64,000 nt of DNA from an uncultured Methanosarcinales archaeon (GCA_964621065.1 CAZULG010000003.1:34849-98848); one strand, 5' to 3'. Counted from the first letter of the stretch, positions 39,845-50,643 are shown. Made by a program: numbers and translations. The notes: generated from the letters alone by a model not told the origin.

Positions 39845-40081
39845 ATGGGAACACAATACTTTACACTTGAACATGAAACACTAGAAATTTTAAATGAATT
39901 TCCAATTTTAAAAGATGTTTCACTTAGAAATCACTATGGTTTAGAAGAAGTTGGACAAGAAGGTGAAACACTGGCCCAAACACTTGCTCTGCATAAATAT
40001 TCAGATGAAGAAAAAGTAATTATTTTGAGAAAATTAAATACAGAGCTTGAGAAATTGTATTCAAAACCACAAGTTCAATAG
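39845..40081 (+). CDS. Small hypothetical protein
   Basis: Intact ORF with upstream TATA-like element. Confidence 0.65.
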   Translation: MGTQYFTLEHETLEILNEFPILKDVSLRNHYGLEEVGQEGETLAQTLALHKYSDEEKVIILRKLNTELEKLYSKPQVQ

Positions 40082-40094
40082 ATATTTTATTATT

Positions 40095-40400
40095 CTATTT
40101 ATAGGGAATTCTTCTTCTATGACCACAATTTGAACAAATAAATTCTTTAGTGCGTAGTTTAGAATTGAACCTAATTTTTACACTTTGAGCATTTAAATAG
40201 CTATGACATTTTTTACATAGTTTATATTTTTGATACTGTGAGAGTGGAATTGTAAAACTTGTTTGAAGCGATATAATTTGTTTTACATACTCTTGTTCGT
40301 ACTCTTTGAGAAATTTTCCTGATTCAAGAAGTGAAAAATATAAATTCATTGCATCTTTGCTGTATTGTTTTTGCAATTTTTTTCGTCCTTTTTTATTCAT
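40095..40400 (-). CDS. rnp4: RNase P protein component 4 (Rpp21)
   Basis: K..LCKKCHSYL...VKIR...ICSNCGHRRRIPY. Confidence 0.88.
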   Translation of the reverse strand: MNKKGRKKLQKQYSKDAMNLYFSLLESGKFLKEYEQEYVKQIISLQTSFTIPLSQYQKYKLCKKCHSYLNAQSVKIRFNSKLRTKEFICSNCGHRRRIPYK

Positions 40401-40480
40401 AACTGAAGATGTTGTTTTATCTATAAAAATGTATCTTATTAAAAACGCTATTTTATAAATAATTAATAAATGATATATCA

Positions 40481-40960
40481 TTGAAGATGAGTGTTTTTAG
40501 AGTGCCTCAAAGAATTCAAGTTTTATTGAGAAGTGGAGATGAGCAACGTTTTAAACTATTTTTTGATGAAGATATGTTACTTGAGAGTCCTCTATTTTGT
40601 AATTTTGATATGTATTTTAGAGGAGATTTTCAAAATAGTGCTAAATTTAACTCTTGTGAATTTAGAGGATTGATAGGTTTGATGTATCAAGAAAGAGGCA
40701 AAATGTATGCAGGAGGATTTTTTTTGGGAAAGTCTCAAAGTGAAGAAGGGTTACATAGAGGATTTCATGTTTGTGAAAATGGTAGATTTAATAGTAATAT
40801 ATTGGTTTTAGATGGAAAACTACTTGATATTACAAACTACCCGCTCAATCAATATTGTAGAGAAGAAGATGATGGGTTGAAATGTTTATATGAATATTGC
40901 AAAACTCTAAGAACTAATCATATTCCACACGAAGCAGATTTACGCTTTAAAGTCGTATAA
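40481..40960 (+). CDS. Hypothetical protein
   Basis: 159-aa ORF; no motif recognised. Confidence 0.65.
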   Translation: MKMSVFRVPQRIQVLLRSGDEQRFKLFFDEDMLLESPLFCNFDMYFRGDFQNSAKFNSCEFRGLIGLMYQERGKMYAGGFFLGKSQSEEGLHRGFHVCENGRFNSNILVLDGKLLDITNYPLNQYCREEDDGLKCLYEYCKTLRTNHIPHEADLRFKVV

Positions 40961-40962
40961 AT

Positions 40963-43356
40963 TTACTCTTTTTTTTCTAAACTGTGTAAAATTTCTTCTG
41001 CTCGCTTGAGTACACTTTGAGGCATTTTAGCAAGTTTTGCAACATGCACACCATATGATTTATCCATTCCACCTTTCTTGATTTTGTGTAAAAATTCAAT
41101 TGTTGAATTATTCTCATCAACTTCAACATGATAATTACAAATATGTTCAAATTCTCTTTCAAGTGAATTGAGTTCATGATAGTGCGTTGCAAAGAGTGTG
41201 TGTGTTTTGAGTTGTGCAATGTACTCAATGATTGATTGTGCAATTGCCATTCCATCATATGTAGAAGTTCCTCGTCCTATTTCATCAAAAATAACAAGAG
41301 AATTTTGCGTTGCAGTGTTTAAAATATGAGCACTCTCTGACATTTCAACCATAAATGTTGATTGATTTTCTGCGAGTTCATCGTGCGCTCCAATTCGTGT
41401 AAAAATCCCATCATACAACTTTAATTGTGCACTTGTTGCTGGAACATATTGTCCACACTGTGCAAGAATTGAGATGAGCGCTACTTGTCTAAGAAATGTT
41501 GACTTTCCAGCCATATTTGGTCCTGTGATAATTTTACATAAATCATTTTCCTCAAAAGAATAAGAGTTTGAGACATACGTTGTTACAAATCGCTCAACAA
41601 TTGGGTTTCGCCCATCAACAACATGCGTTTGTTCATTTGTAAATGTTGGCCTAACATAGTTGCGGTGCATTGCCAAGTACGCACCACTGAGCGCAATATC
41701 AAGAGATTTAATACTCTCAATGACACTTCGAATTTGAGAAGAATACTCTTGGAGTTTAAGTACAATTTGATGAAATAACTCTTGTTCTATAATGACAAGT
41801 TTTTCTTTTGCTCCCAAAATGAGTTGTTCTTTTTCTTTTAGCTCAGGCGTTGTATAACGATTTGCATTTACAAGTGTTTGTTTTAAAATACATTCTTGTG
41901 GCACATTATGCTCTTGAGATTTAGGAATTTCAATATAGTATCCAAAAATTTTATTATATTTTATTTTTAATGATTGAATTCCACTTTCTTGTTTTAACTC
42001 TTGTTCGAGTTCGACTAAATATGAAGAAGAATTTTGAGCCATCTCCTCTAATTCGTCTTTTTCATTTGAAAATCCTCTTTTAATTATTCCTCCATCTCGA
42101 AGGTGTGATGGAGGTTCTTCAACAAGAGCTGAGTTAATATATGAGATTATTTCTTCAATATTATTCATGGTTTGAAAGTATGAAAAAATGTTTGATTGTT
42201 CAAGTTTTGTTGCAATGTGTGTTGTTGCTTGAAGTGAACTGCACAGAGCTACAATATCTTTTGGAGTTGCGATGTGTGTTGTGATTCGTGTGAGAATTCT
42301 CTCAATATCTGAAACATTTGAGAGTGTTTCTTGAAGTGATGTTAAAGAGTGAGAGGCATTGGTGAGAATTTCTTCAATTGCGTCATGTCTTTTTGTAATA
42401 AGTTCAGTTGAGAGGAGAGGAGAGATGAGTTGTTTTCTGAGCTCTCTTCTTCCCATTGGCGTTTTTGTATAATCAATTCCCCCAAGTAGTGTTGCATTAG
42501 TGCTATTTGAAGACTGACTTTTGATAATATCTAAATTATTGAGTGTGAGAGATTCAAGTATCATTGATTGTGAAGATTTATGAGTGTAGATGTTTTGGAT
42601 ATGGTTGAGTTCTTGTTGCTTTAAGATTTTTGAGTAATACAGCACCGCTCCAAGCGCTTCAATACATTTTGGAAGTGTTTGAAGTTTTGAGATAAAATCA
42701 GACTGAGGATATTGTTTTTTTATAATCTCTTGCGCGAAGAGTTTATGAAACCTCTGCATTGTAATGCTTGAGCTATATATTGAGTGCGTAGCAGTGTAGG
42801 ATTGAATAATGTGTTGAAACGGGTGCTCAGGGTAGAGAACTTCAGTGATGTGATATGCTTGCAAGAGCGCTTTGACATCAGAGAATTGAGTACATTCTTT
42901 TGCAATGCACTCTCCAGTTGAGATGTCAACTAAAATGACTCCAAAGCCTTCTTGTTTTGAATTTGGCAAAGAGATACTTGCAATATAATTAGCTGTTTCA
43001 TTTGATAAATATTCATCTTCAATAATTGTTCCAGGTGTTAAAATTTGAGTGACACCTCTCTTTACCACTCCTTTTGCTTGTTTTGGGTCTTCAAGTTGCT
43101 CACAAATTGCAATTTTACGATTCGCTTCTAACACTTTTTTAATGTATGGGTTGACACTGTGAAATGGAACTCCTGCCATTGGCACATCTCCTCGTTTGGT
43201 GAGTGTAATGTTTAAAATTTGAGCGCACTCTTTTGCGTCTTCGTAGAATAATTCATAAAAATCTCCTGCTCGAAAGAATAAAATACAATCTGGATGTTGT
43301 TGTTTAATGTCTAGAAATTGTTGCATCATTGGAGTAATTCTTATGCCTTCAGTCAT
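40963..43356 (-). CDS. mutS: DNA mismatch repair protein MutS (MutS1)
   Basis: TPMMQQ, GDFYELF, PMAGVP, ITGPNMAGKSTFLRQ, STFMVEM, DEIGRGT, FATHYHEL and SYGVHVAKLA. Confidence 0.98.
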   Translation of the reverse strand: MTEGIRITPMMQQFLDIKQQHPDCILFFRAGDFYELFYEDAKECAQILNITLTKRGDVPMAGVPFHSVNPYIKKVLEANRKIAICEQLEDPKQAKGVVKRGVTQILTPGTIIEDEYLSNETANYIASISLPNSKQEGFGVILVDISTGECIAKECTQFSDVKALLQAYHITEVLYPEHPFQHIIQSYTATHSIYSSSITMQRFHKLFAQEIIKKQYPQSDFISKLQTLPKCIEALGAVLYYSKILKQQELNHIQNIYTHKSSQSMILESLTLNNLDIIKSQSSNSTNATLLGGIDYTKTPMGRRELRKQLISPLLSTELITKRHDAIEEILTNASHSLTSLQETLSNVSDIERILTRITTHIATPKDIVALCSSLQATTHIATKLEQSNIFSYFQTMNNIEEIISYINSALVEEPPSHLRDGGIIKRGFSNEKDELEEMAQNSSSYLVELEQELKQESGIQSLKIKYNKIFGYYIEIPKSQEHNVPQECILKQTLVNANRYTTPELKEKEQLILGAKEKLVIIEQELFHQIVLKLQEYSSQIRSVIESIKSLDIALSGAYLAMHRNYVRPTFTNEQTHVVDGRNPIVERFVTTYVSNSYSFEENDLCKIITGPNMAGKSTFLRQVALISILAQCGQYVPATSAQLKLYDGIFTRIGAHDELAENQSTFMVEMSESAHILNTATQNSLVIFDEIGRGTSTYDGMAIAQSIIEYIAQLKTHTLFATHYHELNSLEREFEHICNYHVEVDENNSTIEFLHKIKKGGMDKSYGVHVAKLAKMPQSVLKRAEEILHSLEKKE

Positions 43357-43475
43357 ACATAATTATATTGATGATATTTTAAAAAGATATTGATTTAAAT
43401 TTTAACTAGTTTTTCAAATAAAATTTTATTCTAAATAACAAAAAATAATATAAACTCATAGAAGAATTTTTATTT

Positions 43476-44648
43476 ATGAAGAATTCACTCAAATTTATTG
43501 ATTTATTTGCAGGTATTGGAGGTTTTCATTTGGCTTTAAGAAAATTTAATGCTAAATGTGTCTTTGCAAGTGATATTGATAAATATACATCGGAAGTGTA
43601 TTTTAAAAATTTTGGAATTGATTCATTCAGTGATATTAAAAAAATAGATGAAAAAGAAATTCCTAATTTTGATATTTTATGTGCAGGTTTTCCATGTCAG
43701 CCATTTTCAAAAGGAGGATTTCAAAATGGATTTGAAGATACTAGAGGAACTTTATTTTTCGATATTTGTAGAATTATTGATTACCATAAGCCCAAGTTTA
43801 TTTTATTAGAGAATGTTTCTAATCTAGTTTCTCATGACAAAGGGAAAACTTATCAAGTAATATGTAAAAAATTGAAAGACTTAGGATACATAATACCTCA
43901 TTATCCTTTAATTTTAAGTCCTCATCAGTTTGGAGTTCCTGTATCAAGACCTAGAATATATATACCAGGAATTAGAAAAGATTTGACTGATTGTGAAAAT
44001 TTAAGTTTTCATAATTTACCTTTAAATAAAGAGACTAAAAAATTAAATATTTATGAAGTAATAGATAAAAGTAAAAAAAGTGATAAATTTTATATTTCAA
44101 ATTATGAAAATAAAGTTTTAGATTTATGGAATGATTTTTATAAAAATATAGATATGGATATTATAGGATTCCCTATTTGGTTTGAGGAATTTGGAAAAAC
44201 ATACGATATTTATAACTTACCCCTATGGAAGCAAAAAATAATCATTAAAAATAGAGATTTATATTTAAGAAATAAAACTTTTATTGATTCATGGGTTAAA
44301 AATAATGATAATTTGAAATGGGTTAAAAATACCCATAAAAAATTTGAGTGGCAAGCAGGAGCAGATTATAATGATATTTATGAGTGTTTGATTCAATTTA
44401 GACCTTCAGGTGTAAGAGTAAAAAGACCTGATAAATTTTCAACATTAGTTGCAATGAACCACCCTCAAATTATAGGAAAATACAAAAGAAGATTAACTCC
44501 AGATGAAACAAAAAGACTTCAGTCAATACCCGAAACATTTAAATTACATGAAAATGATAATATAGCACTAAAGCATTTAGGAAATGGTGTTAATGTAGAA
44601 GTATTAACTCAAATATTTGACATTTTATTAACTTATGAAGAAAAATGA
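43476..44648 (+). CDS. DNA (cytosine-5)-methyltransferase
   Basis: DLFAGIGG, GFPCQPFS, RGTLF, LENV, R.RIY, RRLT..E..RLQ and LGNGV. Confidence 0.97.
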   Translation: MKNSLKFIDLFAGIGGFHLALRKFNAKCVFASDIDKYTSEVYFKNFGIDSFSDIKKIDEKEIPNFDILCAGFPCQPFSKGGFQNGFEDTRGTLFFDICRIIDYHKPKFILLENVSNLVSHDKGKTYQVICKKLKDLGYIIPHYPLILSPHQFGVPVSRPRIYIPGIRKDLTDCENLSFHNLPLNKETKKLNIYEVIDKSKKSDKFYISNYENKVLDLWNDFYKNIDMDIIGFPIWFEEFGKTYDIYNLPLWKQKIIIKNRDLYLRNKTFIDSWVKNNDNLKWVKNTHKKFEWQAGADYNDIYECLIQFRPSGVRVKRPDKFSTLVAMNHPQIIGKYKRRLTPDETKRLQSIPETFKLHENDNIALKHLGNGVNVEVLTQIFDILLTYEEK

Positions 44649-45790
44649 AAAAAGTTGAACAAGTATTAGATGGAGAAGTAATATTGGACTTTGATAATAA
44701 GAAATCTTCAAAAGAGATTTTGAAAATATTGAAAAAACATTTTAAAGAAGTTTCTAATGAAAATTCAAAATTCAAAATTAATATTGATGGTGAGGAATTA
44801 ACTTTTTTATTGAAAAATGTGACTTATTTAGGCCATCCTCATCCCTTATATACAAAGAGAATACAACTAAATAATTTATGGGAAGAAGATTTAAAAAATA
44901 AAAATACTTTTTTAATGGGAATTTATAATTATAATTCTACTACATTATTTGTTCATTTCGATAAAAAAAATTATGTGGGAAGAAATTTAAATAATTCTTC
45001 TGCTCATGTATGGGTAAATGATTTATTAAGAGGTTATAAAGATGGAGTTTTTCAAAAAGTAGATTCCAGAAAAAATGAAATTTTTGTTATTAGGGAAGAC
45101 AAATTAGAAGAGTTCGTAAAATCCAAGTTCTTAAATGATAAAAAAATATTTACCGATGAAATTGAAATGTTTAGTAATTTTAAGAATACAATAGGCAAAA
45201 AGTGGAGAGGTGTTGATTGTTATAATGAGATGATTATTAATAACTATAATAATAAATTCCAATCAGAATGGCCTGGATTTTATCTGGAATTTAAATTTGA
45301 AAAATTTTTAACCCTAAATCAAAAATATAAAGAGATTTGTGATTTTTTAAAAAATAAAAAAAAAGAAGGCATTGATTTTGATATTTGGTTTAAATCAGGT
45401 TATTATGGAGACTTGAAAACACATTCAAAAAGTTCAACTGCAATTTTAGGAAATGATCAAAGAAATATAAATTCAGTATTGGAAAAATATAATAGATTAT
45501 GGTATGTTGTTTTAAATATTTCTCCAACAATGGATAAAAACAAAAATTATGAAGTAACCCATTTTTGGAATATGTGTAGAGAAAAGTCAAATTTAGATAG
45601 TTATGGAGAGAAAATGAAAAATTCAGTTGATTTAATAAGTTTAGAAATATTAGAAATTAATAATTATAATAAAAAATATCTCAGTGATTTTAATCAGGGA
45701 ATTAATAGTAATGGAAGAGTCAGAAAACCAAAATATAAAATAAATTCAAATTTAGTTTCAAATTTTAAAATATACGATTTTGAATTATAA
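44645..45790 (+). CDS. Putative type II restriction endonuclease
   Basis: ATGA overlap with the MTase; EW.GFYLEF...IDFD...DLKTHS fits PD-(D/E)xK; very AT-rich. Confidence 0.7.
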   Translation: MKKVEQVLDGEVILDFDNKKSSKEILKILKKHFKEVSNENSKFKINIDGEELTFLLKNVTYLGHPHPLYTKRIQLNNLWEEDLKNKNTFLMGIYNYNSTTLFVHFDKKNYVGRNLNNSSAHVWVNDLLRGYKDGVFQKVDSRKNEIFVIREDKLEEFVKSKFLNDKKIFTDEIEMFSNFKNTIGKKWRGVDCYNEMIINNYNNKFQSEWPGFYLEFKFEKFLTLNQKYKEICDFLKNKKKEGIDFDIWFKSGYYGDLKTHSKSSTAILGNDQRNINSVLEKYNRLWYVVLNISPTMDKNKNYEVTHFWNMCREKSNLDSYGEKMKNSVDLISLEILEINNYNKKYLSDFNQGINSNGRVRKPKYKINSNLVSNFKIYDFEL

Positions 45791-45855
45791 ATTGAAGTTC
45801 TCTTCTTCTTCATTATCAAAATTCTTTTAAATTTTCTTCTTCTAAACAAAAAGAG

Positions 45856-47061
45856 ATGCTTTTTGAAATTGTGCTGTGGATGATACTTGGAATTGTTGCA
45901 GGATGTATAACTGGACTTGTTCCAGGGCTGCATGTGAACATGATTGCAGCGCTTTTGCTCTCATTATTTTTACAATATTCACTTAATATTGAATTGGTAT
46001 TTATTGGAGTATTTATTATTGCTCTTGGAATTACGCATACATTTGTGAGTTTTATTCCAACGCTGTTTTTAGGAGTTCCAACGCCTGACACAGTGGTGAG
46101 TATGCTCCCCTCACACCAACTCGTTAATGAAGGACGAGGATATGAAGCACTTCAGTTATGTGCGTGGGGGTCACTTGGAGGAGTGATGATTTTGGGTTTA
46201 ATTTATACAATTGCATATTTTTTCATTCTCCCATTTTATGAGCAGTTTTCTGAGCATATTGGAAAAGTATTACTTATTGTTCTCATTTACATGATACTTG
46301 GAGAAGAAGAATTGAATGCAAAATTTTGGGCAATTATTATTGTTCTATTGAGTGGAGGATTTGGACTGATCACACTCAACAGTTTATATGTTCAAAATCC
46401 GTTATTTTTAATTTTCACAGGAATGTTTGGAACTGCAACATTGTTAATTGCTCTCTTGCAAGACACACAATTTGTCATGCAAGATACTTCAAAGACAATT
46501 AATTTTCAACCCTCATATTTGATTGGAATAGTACTTGGAAGTGTGAGTGCAATGTTGTGTTCCATATCACCAGGACTTGGAAATGCTCAAGCAGGAACTA
46601 TTGCGGTGAGTGTTTTGAGGCGAGCAAAAGCAGAGATGATGATTGTTGTATTGAGTACCATTAATACTGTAAATTTTGGTCTAAGTGTTTTAACACTGTA
46701 TGTATTAGATAGAGCGCGAAATGGAGCTATTATGGTATTTCAAGAATTAGAGCTTCAAATTACCTTGGAGATGATGTTTATCTTTTTTATTGTTATTATT
46801 ATTGTTGGATTGATTGCATATGATGCAACATTATTTTTGGGAAAATATGTTATTTCATTTGCTGAGCATGTATCAACTCAAAAATTGAATTTAATTATTG
46901 CAAGTTTGTTAACATTAGTTGTTATGTTGATTTCAAATTTAAGTGAAGTGTTAACATATTTTGCAGCGACTGCGTTGGGAATTTTGTGTGTTCAAGTTGG
47001 AGTGAGGCGAGTGCATTTAATGGCTGTGTTGCTCGTTCCAATTATTGTTGCATTGTGGTGA
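45856..47061 (+). CDS. Tripartite tricarboxylate transporter TctA-like (DUF112) membrane protein
   Basis: TGLVPGLHVN, THTF.SFIP..FLGVP, LPSH.LV.EGRG.EA and VRRVHLM. Confidence 0.88.
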   Translation: MLFEIVLWMILGIVAGCITGLVPGLHVNMIAALLLSLFLQYSLNIELVFIGVFIIALGITHTFVSFIPTLFLGVPTPDTVVSMLPSHQLVNEGRGYEALQLCAWGSLGGVMILGLIYTIAYFFILPFYEQFSEHIGKVLLIVLIYMILGEEELNAKFWAIIIVLLSGGFGLITLNSLYVQNPLFLIFTGMFGTATLLIALLQDTQFVMQDTSKTINFQPSYLIGIVLGSVSAMLCSISPGLGNAQAGTIAVSVLRRAKAEMMIVVLSTINTVNFGLSVLTLYVLDRARNGAIMVFQELELQITLEMMFIFFIVIIIVGLIAYDATLFLGKYVISFAEHVSTQKLNLIIASLLTLVVMLISNLSEVLTYFAATALGILCVQVGVRRVHLMAVLLVPIIVALW

Positions 47062-47123
47062 AAAATAGAATATTTCATTCAATTTGTGAGAAAGTTTATA
47101 AACATTATTTGTTCATAGAAACT

Positions 47124-48422
47124 ATGCAAAAGAAATTTAGAGTTAATATTATAGTAATATTTTTGATATTCATTGCAACTATCATGTCAGGTTGTACTTT
47201 ATATAATTCAAGTCAAACACCCTTAGCTGATGATTCAAATTCAAGCCAAGAAGGAGTAGAAGAAGTTGTTCGCGCAAATAATGCTTTCCCGTTTAACTTG
47301 TATTATGAATTAGATAAGGAAGAAGATGGAAATTTATTTTTCTCACCTTATAGTATTTTTGCAGCATTAGCAATAACATATGAAGGAGCAAATGGACAAA
47401 CTGCTGAGGAAATGAGAGAAGTTTTTGATTTTCCTGATACAGAAATATTACGCTCAAATTTTGCAGCAATTTATAACACAATAAATCAGAATCAAGAAAA
47501 TTATGAATTGAAAACTTCAAATGCACTATGGGCTCAACAAGATTATGAATTTTTGGATGATTATACAACTACAATCTCAAGATATTATGGTGGAGAAACA
47601 ACAAATCTAGATTTCAGAGACCAAGCAGAAGAGTCTCGAAAAACTATTAATTCATATGTAGAATCAGAAACAGAAGGTAAAATAAAAAATTTATTCCCTG
47701 AAAATAGTTTAAATTCTGCACTACTTGTGATCACTAATGCTATTTATTTTAAAGGAGATTGGAGAGAAAAATTTGATGAATCTAATACTCGAGAGGAGGA
47801 GTTTAAAGTTAATTCTAATACAACTGTAATGGCTGATATGATGCATTTAGATCCTGCTGAAAATTCTAGATTTAATTATGCAGATTTAGAACAATTACAA
47901 ATTTTAGAATTACCATATAAAGGAGAAGAAGTTTCAATGTTGATATTACTTCCAAAACAAGGAGAGTTTTATAATTATGAATCTCAAGAGAGAGAAACAC
48001 TCAACTATACACTTGAAGATATTGAGTTATCACAAGAGAAACTGAATGAGTATAAGAGTGCTATGGAAGAAACTGAGTTTAGTTCAATTTCAATTCCAAA
48101 ATTTGAATTTAATACTAAATATCAAATGAAAGAATTACTTACTAATTTAGGAATGCCACTAGCTTTTACAGAGGGTGCTGATTTTTCAAGCATGGATGGA
48201 ACAACGACTTTGTATATTGATAAAGTTATTCATCAAGCATTTGTGAGTGTGAATGAAGAAGGAACTGAAGCTGCAGCAGCAACAGGAGTTGTAATGGTAC
48301 AAGATTTGGTTGCAATGTCAAACACATTTAGAGCAGACCATCCGTTCATATTTGTAATTCAGCATAAAGAAACTGATAGTATTTTATTTATGGGGAGAGT
48401 TGTTGATCCAACACAACAATAA
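47124..48422 (+). CDS. Serpin, probable lipoprotein
   Basis: Lipobox IMSGC, NLFFSPYS, NAIYFKG.W, ELPY, IPKF, VNEEGTEAAAAT, FRADHPF and LFMGRV.DP. Confidence 0.96.
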   Translation: MQKKFRVNIIVIFLIFIATIMSGCTLYNSSQTPLADDSNSSQEGVEEVVRANNAFPFNLYYELDKEEDGNLFFSPYSIFAALAITYEGANGQTAEEMREVFDFPDTEILRSNFAAIYNTINQNQENYELKTSNALWAQQDYEFLDDYTTTISRYYGGETTNLDFRDQAEESRKTINSYVESETEGKIKNLFPENSLNSALLVITNAIYFKGDWREKFDESNTREEEFKVNSNTTVMADMMHLDPAENSRFNYADLEQLQILELPYKGEEVSMLILLPKQGEFYNYESQERETLNYTLEDIELSQEKLNEYKSAMEETEFSSISIPKFEFNTKYQMKELLTNLGMPLAFTEGADFSSMDGTTTLYIDKVIHQAFVSVNEEGTEAAAATGVVMVQDLVAMSNTFRADHPFIFVIQHKETDSILFMGRVVDPTQQ

Positions 48423-48507
48423 TATCATTTTTATTATTCTCATATTGTTCTTTTCGATAGTATAGAGTTACAAAAATAATTAAACGTAAATGAATTTTTA
48501 TTGAATT

Positions 48508-48996
48508 ATGAAATTTAAAGATTTTATGGATAATAATAATAATCGATGGATTGAACTTCCTCAAGGAAGAGAAGCAGAGTTTCGAGTAAGTGCTACTGCA
48601 ATTATTGATTATGAAGATTTTATTTTATTTGTTAAAGATGGGAGAAGTGAGCAAGGGTTAGAATTTCCAGGAGGTGGAGTTGAACTTGGACAATCTCCTC
48701 AAGAAGCATTAGTAAGAGAAGTTAAAGAAGAAACTGGGTATGAAATTACTCAAGAGAGTAAAATTATTTTTGTTTCAAATGAGAATTATTATCATGCACG
48801 AAAAGATAAATATTTTTGTGGAATTTCTTTGTATTTTGTATCACAACTACACTCAACCATTCAAGGTGAACAGGAATTAGACTCAGAAGATGAAATTGAA
48901 GAAGTAGTGTGGATTAAGAAAAATGAAGTTGATGAATCAATGATTGCGGATTTTCACAAACACGCATTTAGAGAATATTTGAAGAATGAATACTAG
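48508..48996 (+). CDS. NUDIX hydrolase
   Basis: FPGGGVELGQSPQEALVREVKEETG. Confidence 0.92.
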   Translation: MKFKDFMDNNNNRWIELPQGREAEFRVSATAIIDYEDFILFVKDGRSEQGLEFPGGGVELGQSPQEALVREVKEETGYEITQESKIIFVSNENYYHARKDKYFCGISLYFVSQLHSTIQGEQELDSEDEIEEVVWIKKNEVDESMIADFHKHAFREYLKNEY

Positions 48997-49480
48997 ACAA
49001 GTTATATTTAAAGATTTAGATAATGTTGAGTATGAATTTGATGAATCGCAAAGCCAAATTGTTCGTGTTGGATGTTATGGACTGGTGAAAAATGAAAATA
49101 ATGAGTATTTAATGATTGTAACTAACAAGAATAAAGGTTGGGAGTTTCCTGGGGGAGGTTGTGATTTTAGAGAAATACTTTCAAATTGTGTGATTCGAGA
49201 AGTAAGAGAAGAGAGTGGGTATGATGTTAAGCTTGTTCAGGAGCAGCCAATATATGTAGTTGAAAATTTTGCATATTCACGAAGACGAAACGAGTATTGG
49301 AAAAAAATAGATTTTTTGTATTTGTGTGAGAGGATATCAACGACTCAACATAATTTAGTGCTTGAGGAAGGAGAGGAAATATTAGAGATGAGGTGGATGA
49401 GTATTGAAGAGATGAAAACTACACTTTGGATTCATTATATTGAGGAGCATAAAGCCGCAATTTTAAATAAGTTAATCTAA
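48986..49480 (+). CDS. NUDIX hydrolase (tandem paralogue)
   Basis: FPGGGCDFRE....CVIREVREESG. Confidence 0.9.
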   Translation: MNTRQVIFKDLDNVEYEFDESQSQIVRVGCYGLVKNENNEYLMIVTNKNKGWEFPGGGCDFREILSNCVIREVREESGYDVKLVQEQPIYVVENFAYSRRRNEYWKKIDFLYLCERISTTQHNLVLEEGEEILEMRWMSIEEMKTTLWIHYIEEHKAAILNKLI

Positions 49481-49501
49481 ATAGAACTTATTGAAAGAAT
49501 A

Positions 49502-49586
49502 TGTTGGGGGAGGGATTCGAACCCTCGAACACAGATGTGACGGGATCTTAAGTCCCGCGCCTTTGACCAGACTTGGCAACCCCAAC
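49502..49586 (-). tRNA. tRNA-Leu(TAA), no encoded CCA
   Basis: Reverse complement GTTGGGG...CGGGA-CTTAAGA-TCCCG...GGTTCGAATCC.CCCCAAC-A. Confidence 0.96.
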
Positions 49587-49695
49587 GAAAAAATAGTGAG
49601 CCAAGTTCTACTCTAAAAAACTCTATATATTTTATAAAGCTTTTGTAGCCATGATGAATACTTAAATATATAAATTTAAACACTATTATGTAACT

Positions 49696-50643
49696 ATGAG
49701 ACAAATTATTAGACGAATGAATATCGTATTTCTCTTTTTATTAAGTAGTATTTTCTTTGTTGGATGTGCAAGTGGAGGGATTGGAGGACTTTTTTCAGGA
49801 GGAGGAAATACTCCAATAGGCCCAAATGAAGAAGAAGATGTAGGAGATGGGTTGCAAGTGAGAATTGCAAGTTTTAATGCAAATAATTTAGCAAATACAC
49901 AAAGCATATTTTTCACTCTTTCATTTGAAAATTCAAATCTTGACTCAATTGAGATTACACGAGATAATATTGATATTATAACAAGTCCAAGTGATTCAAC
50001 AACAAGTTCAGGAACTCTATTTTCACAAGAGTCAATTGATAATTTATATGATGAAATATTTATCGATGGAGGCTCATTGTATGTGAGTAATTCAAACCCG
50101 TTTGATCGACAAGTTTCATTGGAACTTGATGAGAAGCATACATCGTCAAATTCAAACTATCTCAATAGCGATGTTACAATGATTTTAAATGTTGATTATG
50201 AGGAGGAGTTTGAGTATAATTCAAATTTAAACGTTAATTTTCAATCAAACTCCATCTCCTCTTCTCTGCTCTCAAAAAAAGGACCTTTTGACATTAACTC
50301 ATTTGAAATCATTAGAGCAACTTCAGGAACAAAACTAGAGTTTGATATTACATCACGATTATCCTCTGGCTCAAGAGTTGATTTTTCTCCAATTCAAATA
50401 ACATTTGGAAGTAACACGCTTAACTGTGATTACTTTTATTCACAAGATGAATATGAAACACAAACTCCAGATGTTATAGACTCATCACGCTCATCAATTT
50501 CAGTAATTTGTGATGTCCCATCATCAGTAGTTGAGGAGTATAGAGATGATTCAACTACATTTACATTTGAAGCCCAAAATGATTATCGACATCAAATTAC
50601 TCTCTCTGAGCGTTTTACTATGCCATCTACATTTAGAAGATAA
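49696..50643 (+). CDS. Putative surface lipoprotein
   Basis: Lipobox FFVGC, Gly-rich linker and S/T/D-rich beta domains. Confidence 0.75.
   Translation: MRQIIRRMNIVFLFLLSSIFFVGCASGGIGGLFSGGGNTPIGPNEEEDVGDGLQVRIASFNANNLANTQSIFFTLSFENSNLDSIEITRDNIDIITSPSDSTTSSGTLFSQESIDNLYDEIFIDGGSLYVSNSNPFDRQVSLELDEKHTSSNSNYLNSDVTMILNVDYEEEFEYNSNLNVNFQSNSISSSLLSKKGPFDINSFEIIRATSGTKLEFDITSRLSSGSRVDFSPIQITFGSNTLNCDYFYSQDEYETQTPDVIDSSRSSISVICDVPSSVVEEYRDDSTTFTFEAQNDYRHQITLSERFTMPSTFRR

Noticed and set aside
28123..40960. Orphans 28123-28665 and 40481-40960 as paralogues (shared FRGDF)
   Set aside because: Only a 5-residue match; I could not extend an alignment by eye.
49477..49704. 76-codon minus-strand ORF overlapping tRNA-Leu(TAA) as a second integrase fragment
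   Set aside because: It is the same strand as the tRNA and simply translates it; no DNA-binding or integrase features.
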